The notes below the pieces were generated by a model. It saw only the letters and a list, made by a program, of their open reading frames with translations. It was not told where the DNA came from and did not search any database. From Bacteroidales bacterium (GTDB lineage Bacteria > Bacteroidota > Bacteroidia > Bacteroidales > Prolixibacteraceae), in contig JBBQXI010000001.1 of the NCBI GenBank assembly GCA_038209805.1, forward strand, positions 1 to 34,835: a stretch of DNA of 34,835 nt. Direction: 5' to 3'. Position numbers and translations under genes: made by a program. Position 1 is the stretch's first letter. Every line of letters begins with the position of its first letter. Below are positions 28,110 through 34,835 of the stretch, piece by piece.

Positions 28110-28946
28110 TTAAAAGGTTATTTTGAAAAATAAATCCTGAGAGACGGCCTGTCCGTCTTTTTTTACCAGCACATTCACCCGCCATTCACCGGTCATGGTA
28201 AAATTCACTTTGCCTTTGTAGTGGCCATTTCCGGAGCTAACCGGATTCACATTGTTGGGCGAACCGTGCCCCATGCTAGGCATTTCCGGAGTAATCTCAA
28301 TGGTGTAACTGTCGTCGGCCGGCCAGTCCATCATGCTTGCCTTGCGGTGAATTGTAAATTCAATGTCGTTCATTCCAACTTTGGGTGCTGATGGTTCGAG
28401 CAACGAAAGAACCAGCTTATTGGCATCAGGAGTAATGGCTGTAAAAACATTCATTGCCGTAGTTGCCGGATTGTCGACGGTGATGTCGAAATTTGCTTCG
28501 CCTTCCTTATTGTACTTGTGATTGTGAACCGATACGCCAAGTTTCCAGGTTCCACCGGTTGATGTCGGCATGACGAAGGCCACTGCTCCGGGAAAAACAT
28601 TGTCAACAGCAGTTTCTTCCGGATTTTCAACAGGTGCAGCATGTTTGGTAATTGTTCCATTCATGATCATAGTCATGAGTGGCGAAAATTGAATGTGTGC
28701 ATCGGTGATTTTTTCTTTCAGGTTTAACGAATCGTATAAAACCACGATAAGTTTATTGTAACCCATAAAAAAGTTCTTTTGTCCCCAAAGCTCCACTTTG
28801 GCCGAAGCGCCAAGAGCATAGCCATCGGCAAGTTTGGTGTATCCGTCGAGTGGGTCGATCTGGGGTTCTTCGTCGCTACTGGTGCACGAAAAAAGGAATG
28901 CTGAAAAAATTAAAAAGTATATTGTTTTGACAAAACTGATTTTCAT
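28110..28946 (-). CDS. Lipoprotein with two YtkA/FixH-like Ig domains (probable metal binding)
   Basis: Lipobox LFSC and repeated modules PLMTM..H...FVM...W and PEMPSMGHGSPNN...FTMTGEW. Confidence 0.75.
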   Translation of the reverse strand: MKISFVKTIYFLIFSAFLFSCTSSDEEPQIDPLDGYTKLADGYALGASAKVELWGQKNFFMGYNKLIVVLYDSLNLKEKITDAHIQFSPLMTMIMNGTITKHAAPVENPEETAVDNVFPGAVAFVMPTSTGGTWKLGVSVHNHKYNKEGEANFDITVDNPATTAMNVFTAITPDANKLVLSLLEPSAPKVGMNDIEFTIHRKASMMDWPADDSYTIEITPEMPSMGHGSPNNVNPVSSGNGHYKGKVNFTMTGEWRVNVLVKKDGQAVSQDLFFKITF

Positions 28947-29166
28947 ATTTTATTTTTTTTAATAGACTATTGGCTGTTAAAATGCATGTCGCCACACGTT
29001 GAATGTGCAGCAATGCCTTCGACCTAAAAATTAAGTTATCCTGAGTACTAATTTTTTAACGTTTGAATGCAACGAAGCTGAACTCACAAAATTCGTGTGA
29101 ATCCGGCATCAAATGACCATAATCTTGTTTTGATCGAGCGCTAAAAAAAATCATTTCAGGTAAAAA

Positions 29167-29577
29167 CTACGAAATAATGAGTCTGTTGAACTGTGGTTGG
29201 GGAGGAACAAAAATGGCAGAAGCAAAACGAATTGCGATTTGAGGCTGCAAGAAAACCGGATAACTCCGCGAGACGGCATCAAAATCATCTTCGATGCAAA
29301 GTTGAATTTTCAAAAATTCGTCGATCTGGGTTCTTTGCTGTTTTTGCGACGATTCGCTTTTGGCTGTGTCGCTGGATTCATCGCTTTTGGCGAGTTGTTT
29401 TTTTAAGTGGCATTTCCCCTGGCAACAACTTTTAGGTTTGTCGCGGTTGATGCAAAGATTTTTGGCAATATAATCCTTGTTCAGAGCGTATTCAATGAAA
29501 GGCATAACTGGTCTCAATACATATAAGATCAGCACAGCAAGGAAAAAGATTGAATAGATTCTGGTTTTCATCGACAT
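29167..29577 (-). CDS. Cys-rich hypothetical membrane protein upstream of the metal-uptake genes
   Basis: N-terminal TM/signal, YIAKNLCINRDKPKSCCQGKCHLKKQL and C-terminal IFVPP. Confidence 0.7.
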   Translation of the reverse strand: MSMKTRIYSIFFLAVLILYVLRPVMPFIEYALNKDYIAKNLCINRDKPKSCCQGKCHLKKQLAKSDESSDTAKSESSQKQQRTQIDEFLKIQLCIEDDFDAVSRSYPVFLQPQIAIRFASAIFVPPQPQFNRLIIS

Positions 29578-29810
29578 TTAAACATCAATGGTATTTAATT
29601 GTTCACGCTTGATTATCTGAATTTTATGCTTTCTTGTTGTTTCATCCATTATATACAGAACGGAATGATCAGCATATCAAGCTAAAGGGTATTGCGATGT
29701 CAATGGTAATTCTTAATTCGAAACGATTATATTTAATGCTGCTAATTTCACTTGTTTTTATGTCGTTTTTTAATGACATTTAGTCGCAATAAACAATTCA
29801 GAGAAAACCG

Positions 29811-31274
29811 ATGGCTTTTTTGTTCGATATTTGGAAATCATTACCAAGTTTAATTACCATCCTTTATTTTTTAACGGTTGTCTTTACGGCCATTCTTATT
29901 ATTTTAGAAAATCGAAATCCTCAGAAAACGATCAGTTGGATTCTGGTTTTAGTATTGCTACCATTTATTGGAATTGTGATTTACCTCTTTTTTGGTCAGG
30001 AATACCGCAAAACGAAGATGTATTCGCGCAAAGGGTTGAAACACCTTGAAAGACTTCGGAATCTGACATTGGAACAACTCGATAACCTTCCGAAGAATCA
30101 TTTTCAAATCAGCGAAAAGCTTTACTCAAAAAAGAGGCTCATGAATTTGTTGCTTTCCAATTCTAACGCCATTTTGACCAACAACAATGAAATTCAAATT
30201 TTGCACAATGGCGCGGAAACATTTCCAGAGATATTCCGCATCATGGAGGAAGCTAAACATCATATCCACCTTGAATATTATATTATTGAAAATGACAGAA
30301 TCGGAAATTATCTGCGCGAACTACTTATCCGAAAGGCAACGGAAGGTATTGAAGTTCGGTTGATTTTTGACGATGTAGGCAGTTGGGAGCTAAAAAAGAA
30401 GTTCATTCGGTCGATGTCTGATGCCGGAGTCAAAGTCGATTGTTTTATGAAGGTTCGTTTCCCAATGCTGACTTCGAGGGTTAATTACCGCAATCACCGT
30501 AAAATTTTGGTAGTCGATGGCGAAACGGCTTTTGTTGGAGGGCTGAATTTTGCAGATCGTTATCAGGATGGTATTCCTGGAATCGGTCCATGGCGCGACA
30601 CGCATCTGAAAGTGACAGGTGGTGGAGCTACTGCGCTTCAGATTATTTTTATGGCCGACTGGTATTTCGTTTCCAAAGAGATTTTGAAAGGTGAGGATTA
30701 CTTTAAGCCGTTTGTTTCGGGGAATGGAAAATTGGTTCAGATGACGGCCAGTGGCCCCGATTCGGATTGGGAAAGCATTAGTCAGGCTTATTTTGTTGCC
30801 ATATCTTCGGCTATCGATTATGTGTATATTTCAACGCCTTACCTGATGCCAACTGATGATATTGTTACGGCTCTGAAAACTTCTGCCTTGGGGGGTATTG
30901 ATGTTCGGATTATTGTACCAGGCTTATCGGATGCCATAACTCCAAAATGGGGAACAAATTCATATGTTGAGGAATTACTTGAAGCTGGTGTGAAAGTTTA
31001 TTTCTACAAAGCAGGTTTCACGCACAGCAAAGTTATTGTTTCCGATGGAGTTTTCTCTTCGGTCGGAACAGCAAACCTGGACTTCAGGAGCCTTGAAACC
31101 AATTTTGAAGTGAATGCCATGATTTATGACCAAGAAATTGCCAAAGTCCTAACGAATCAGTTTTTGGAGGATCAGGAAAAAAGCGAGTTGGTTATCTTGG
31201 AAGAATGGCAAAAACGACCTCGGATGAACAAGATAAAAGAGTCGTTCGCTCGTATTTTAGCTCCAATGCTTTAA
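29811..31274 (+). CDS. cls: Cardiolipin synthase
   Basis: Two N-terminal TMs and two HKD motifs (RNHRKILVVD, HSKVIVSD), plus NLDFRS..NFE. Confidence 0.95.
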   Translation: MAFLFDIWKSLPSLITILYFLTVVFTAILIILENRNPQKTISWILVLVLLPFIGIVIYLFFGQEYRKTKMYSRKGLKHLERLRNLTLEQLDNLPKNHFQISEKLYSKKRLMNLLLSNSNAILTNNNEIQILHNGAETFPEIFRIMEEAKHHIHLEYYIIENDRIGNYLRELLIRKATEGIEVRLIFDDVGSWELKKKFIRSMSDAGVKVDCFMKVRFPMLTSRVNYRNHRKILVVDGETAFVGGLNFADRYQDGIPGIGPWRDTHLKVTGGGATALQIIFMADWYFVSKEILKGEDYFKPFVSGNGKLVQMTASGPDSDWESISQAYFVAISSAIDYVYISTPYLMPTDDIVTALKTSALGGIDVRIIVPGLSDAITPKWGTNSYVEELLEAGVKVYFYKAGFTHSKVIVSDGVFSSVGTANLDFRSLETNFEVNAMIYDQEIAKVLTNQFLEDQEKSELVILEEWQKRPRMNKIKESFARILAPML

Positions 31275-31407
31275 TCCGTGCTCAATACGTTCATTTTTGC
31301 AAACACATCATTCGCCATACGTTTAGGTTACTTCTCCTGAATATGTCTTTCTGTTGAAACTAAAATCATGACATCAATGTTTCTGTATAATAGAAACTCT
31401 TAGCCCA

Positions 31408-32232
31408 ATGAAGCAATTTTTTTATATTTCAGTATTGGCTGTGTTTTTTTCCGTGGGCTGTAAAGATAGGAATCCGGAAGGCATGGATCCAGACTCTGAA
31501 ATACCAGCTGGTTATCAATTGGTATGGAGCGATGAATTTAACTACACCGGGTTGCCCGATGCGTCAAAATGGAGCTATGATATCGGTGGAAGCGGTTGGG
31601 GAAACGATGAAGCTCAATATTACACCGATTCACGCTTAGCGAATGTCGAAGTAAAAGGTGGTTATCTCTACATTAATACGATTAAGGAAGATTTCGAAGG
31701 TAAAAAATATACCTCAGCCCGGTTAGTTACACGAACAAAAGGCGACTGGTTGTATGGACGAATTGAGGTGAGGGCCAAACTTCCTGATGGAGTAGGGATG
31801 TGGCCGGCAATCTGGATGCTGCCAACCGATTGGGCCTATGGAGGATGGCCTACAAGTGGGGAAATCGACATCATGGAAAATTTGGGATATATTCCATATT
31901 TTATTTCCGCGACTGTTCAAACGCAATCCTACAATTTCAGGAGTAATTCTCAAAAGCAAGCCATTACAGGAGTTCCCGATTGTTATACACAATTTCATAA
32001 TTATATCCTTGAATGGGAAAGCAATGAATTACGGATCTATGTTGATTCAAAACTCTACCAAACTTTCAAAAATGAAGGAACTGGATACTTGGTCTGGCCT
32101 TTCGATAAACAGTTTCACCTTATCCTGAATGTTGCTGTAGGTGGAACTTTCGGTGGTGCTCAGGGCATCGATGATACTATTTTTCCACGTTCCATGATGA
32201 TTGATTATGTAAGGGTTTATCAAAAAAAATGA
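31408..32232 (+). CDS. GH16 beta-glucanase (laminarinase-like) lipoprotein
   Basis: Lipobox SVGC, WSDEF, GWGNDE, WPAIWML and catalytic EIDIME. Confidence 0.9.
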   Translation: MKQFFYISVLAVFFSVGCKDRNPEGMDPDSEIPAGYQLVWSDEFNYTGLPDASKWSYDIGGSGWGNDEAQYYTDSRLANVEVKGGYLYINTIKEDFEGKKYTSARLVTRTKGDWLYGRIEVRAKLPDGVGMWPAIWMLPTDWAYGGWPTSGEIDIMENLGYIPYFISATVQTQSYNFRSNSQKQAITGVPDCYTQFHNYILEWESNELRIYVDSKLYQTFKNEGTGYLVWPFDKQFHLILNVAVGGTFGGAQGIDDTIFPRSMMIDYVRVYQKK

Positions 32233-32306
32233 TTGGCGTAGCTTTGAGCCTGCTGATTTTGAAATCTCGGTGCTGAATTTTCTTACTCACTAAAAATTTA
32301 TTCCTC

Positions 32307-32314
32307 TATCTTTG
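32307..32314 (+). promoter_or_regulatory. -7 promoter element of the DEAD-box helicase gene
   Basis: TATCTTTG 26 nt upstream of the ATG. Confidence 0.6.
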
Positions 32315-32340
32315 CCACAGAAATTTATCTGTATTATATT

Positions 32341-33483
32341 ATGTCATTTTCATCATTCGGGTTATCACCTGCTCTTGTAACTGTTTTGGCCTCTCAGAAT
32401 TATACTCAACCGTATCCAATTCAAAAAGAAGCTATACCGGCAATTTTGCAACGGAAAGATTTATTAGGTATAGCTCCAACTGGCTCGGGTAAAACGGCGA
32501 GTTATGCTTTGCCTATTTTAACCAATCTGCAAGGACAGGTGGCTACTAAAAACCGGCATACCCGGGTTTTGGTTTTGGTGCCAACCCGCGAGCTGGCGGT
32601 GCAGGTTCGCGACGTTTTCATTCAATTTGGAACCGAACTTCCGGAGCGTGTAAAAACAATTGCAGTCTTTGGAGGTGTTTCCATCAATCCTCAAATGATC
32701 GGTTTGCAGGGCGTTCAGGTTTTGGTTGCTACACCCGGAAGACTGCTTGAACTGGTTGACTCGAAAGCTGTACACTTGTCCGAAATTGAAACGTTGGTTT
32801 TGGATGAAGCCGATAAAATGCTCAATCTGGGTTTTCAGGAAGAGATGACACGTATTTTTGCACTGTTGCCAAAGAAACGTCAGAATCTTTTGTTTTCGGC
32901 TACTTTGAGTGATAAATTGGCCAGTATCAACCAAATTATTCTGCACGATCCGGTAGTGATTAAAATTGAACCGGAGAAAGAAAATATTGATCTGATTGAG
33001 CAGACAGGATATTTTGTTTCGATGGAGAGGAAAGGTCCGCTGTTGCGCTACATCATCAAAAAAAACGAGTTGAAACAGGTGCTGGTTTTTACCTCTTCCA
33101 CTTTTCAGGCCGATAACGTTGCCGATAAACTTTGCAAAAATGGCATTGATGCGGTATCTATTCACAGTAAAAAAAGTCAGGGAGCGCGCACCGAAGCTCT
33201 ACGTGAATTTAAAACAGGTAAACTTCGGGTTTTGGTTACTACTGATTTGTTGGCACGTGGGATTGACATCGAGTTTTTGCCTTATGTGATCAATTACGAA
33301 TTGCCTAGATCACCCAAAGATTACGTCCATCGTATCGGAAGAACAGGTCGTGCCGAAAATCCAGGTGTGGCCATTTCTTTTGTCACTCCCGAAGATCAGC
33401 ATCACTTCCGGATTATTCAGAAAAAGATGGGCAAATGGGTGACCATGATCGATAGTGCGAACTTGGATTTGAAAGGATATTGA
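32341..33483 (+). CDS. DEAD-box RNA helicase (RhlE-like core)
   Basis: Q motif, APTGSGKT, PTRELA, TPGR, DEAD, SAT, ARGID and HRIGRTGR. Confidence 0.95.
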   Translation: MSFSSFGLSPALVTVLASQNYTQPYPIQKEAIPAILQRKDLLGIAPTGSGKTASYALPILTNLQGQVATKNRHTRVLVLVPTRELAVQVRDVFIQFGTELPERVKTIAVFGGVSINPQMIGLQGVQVLVATPGRLLELVDSKAVHLSEIETLVLDEADKMLNLGFQEEMTRIFALLPKKRQNLLFSATLSDKLASINQIILHDPVVIKIEPEKENIDLIEQTGYFVSMERKGPLLRYIIKKNELKQVLVFTSSTFQADNVADKLCKNGIDAVSIHSKKSQGARTEALREFKTGKLRVLVTTDLLARGIDIEFLPYVINYELPRSPKDYVHRIGRTGRAENPGVAISFVTPEDQHHFRIIQKKMGKWVTMIDSANLDLKGY

Positions 33484-33577
33484 TTGGACTTGGTTGAAAA
33501 TAAAAAAACATCATAATTTTGGTTGTCTGCTCAGGTCTTTGTAAATTAGGGATTATCAATTCTCTAACTTCCATCTC

Positions 33578-34835
33578 ATGCTGATCAAAACCTTTGCAAG
33601 CGCAGTTCATGGCATCGATGCAACGACAATCACTATCGAAACGGAGATTTCTCAAGGTATCAAATTTTTTATGGTTGGCCTGCCCGATAGTGCGGTTAAA
33701 GAAAGCCAGCAGCGTATCGAATCGGCCATGCGGCTCAATAACTTCAAATGGCCGCACAAAAAAGTAGTGATCAACATGGCTCCGGCTGATATTCGGAAAG
33801 AGGGTTCGGCTTATGATTTGCCACTTGCGATCGGCATTCTTGCCGCGAACGAACAAATAAAATCTGACAAAATTTCCAACTTCCTGATGGTAGGTGAATT
33901 GTCGCTTGATGGAACCCTACAACCGGTAAAAGGTGCTTTGCCCATTGCCATTAAAGCGCGTGAAGAAGGCTTCGAAGGGTTTATCCTCCCCAAAGAAAAC
34001 GCACGTGAGGCTGCCGTAGTAGATACATTGAAAGTATATGGAGTAGAAAGCCTCAGCGAAGTAGTTGGGTTTTTCAATGACGAAGTGGAATTGGAGCAAA
34101 CCATTGTGAACACGCGCGACGAGTTTTTCTCAAAAGTAAATGAGACTGATGTAGATTTTTCTGACGTCAAAGGGCAAGAAAATGTAAAGCGAGCTTTGGA
34201 AATTGCTGCTGCGGGCGGCCATAATATAATCATGATTGGACCTCCAGGTTCAGGGAAAACGATGTTGGCGAAACGGATTCCGACAATATTGCCACCGTTT
34301 ACCCTTCGCGAAGCTTTGGAAACCACCAAAATACATTCGGTAGTTGGAAAGATTGATCGCGACACTTCGTTGATGACTCAACGCCCTTTCAGGAGTCCTC
34401 ACCATACAATTTCTGATGTTGCACTTGTCGGCGGTGGTGCCTTTCCGCAACCAGGGGAAATTAGTCTGGCACATAATGGTGTACTTTTCCTGGACGAGCT
34501 TCCAGAGTTCAAGAGGCAGGTACTCGAAGTCATGCGGCAACCCTTGGAAGATCGGACGATCACCATTTCGCGGGCGAAATTCTCGGTGGAATATCCGGCC
34601 AGTTTTATGTTGGTGACTTCGATGAATCCTTGTCCGTGCGGATACTACAACCATCCGACCAAAGAGTGTGTTTGTGCTCCGGGAATGGTTCCCAAATATC
34701 TCAATAAAATATCAGGTCCGCTGCTCGACCGTATAGACATTCATTTGGAAGTAGTGCCTGTACCGTTCAAAAAACTGTCCGATCAAGCGGCTACTGAACC
34801 TAGTTCAGCCATTCGTGAGCGGGTGATCAAGGCAC
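33578..34835 (+). CDS. comM: YifB/ComM family Mg-chelatase-like AAA+ ATPase (partial, runs off the window)
   Basis: Hand translation from ATG 33578 gives MLIKTFASAVHGIDA..., VGLPDSAVKES, NMAPADIRKEGSAYDL, GPPGSGKT, LFLDELPEF, MNPCPCG and SGPLLDRID. Confidence 0.92.
   Translation, partial: MLIKTFASAVHGIDATTITIETEISQGIKFFMVGLPDSAVKESQQRIESAMRLNNFKWPHKKVVINMAPADIRKEGSAYDLPLAIGILAANEQIKSDKISNFLMVGELSLDGTLQPVKGALPIAIKAREEGFEGFILPKENAREAAVVDTLKVYGVESLSEVVGFFNDEVELEQTIVNTRDEFFSKVNETDVDFSDVKGQENVKRALEIAAAGGHNIIMIGPPGSGKTMLAKRIPTILPPFTLREALETTKIHSVVGKIDRDTSLMTQRPFRSPHHTISDVALVGGGAFPQPGEISLAHNGVLFLDELPEFKRQVLEVMRQPLEDRTITISRAKFSVEYPASFMLVTSMNPCPCGYYNHPTKECVCAPGMVPKYLNKISGPLLDRIDIHLEVVPVPFKKLSDQAATEPSSAIRERVIKA

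Noticed and set aside
31408-32232. GH16 as part of a polysaccharide utilisation locus
   Set aside because: No SusC/SusD pair or other CAZymes are adjacent.
33413-34654. Minus-strand ORFs 33413-33856, 33811-34365 and 34250-34654
   Set aside because: They are antisense shadows of the YifB/ComM gene.

Overview
A gene-dense chromosomal segment from a Bacteroidota bacterium, probably Bacteroidales/Marinilabiliales-like, judged from TAnnTTTG promoters, a T9SS sorting domain and gene content. Housekeeping genes include a partial rnr, dnaE, trxA, prmC, ribD, cls, a DEAD-box helicase and a partial YifB/ComM ATPase. Three accessory loci stand out. (1) 5087-11716 is a sugar-nucleotide gene cluster with a divergent LacI regulator. 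It encodes a plant-type GDP-mannose 3',5'-epimerase, a HIGH-type nucleotidyltransferase/GHMP sugar-kinase fusion, a mannose-1-P guanylyltransferase and a secreted GH29 glycosidase. I infer a possible undescribed Leloir-like salvage route for L-galactose or another L-hexose. (2) 18861-22766 is a TetR-linked cluster with three operator-like sites, an apparent deletion-fusion ORF, an ACP-like protein lacking the phosphopantetheine serine and a PlpD-like patatin. (3) 25977-29577 is a probable copper-uptake cluster: an OprC-like TonB-dependent receptor, a YtkA/FixH-like lipoprotein and an upstream Cys-rich, PP-ending ORF that may be a regulatory leader. There are also several miniature inverted-repeat elements and a candidate orphan sRNA. 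No rRNA, tRNA, CRISPR array or transposase was seen. All assignments come from motif reading, with no database searches.
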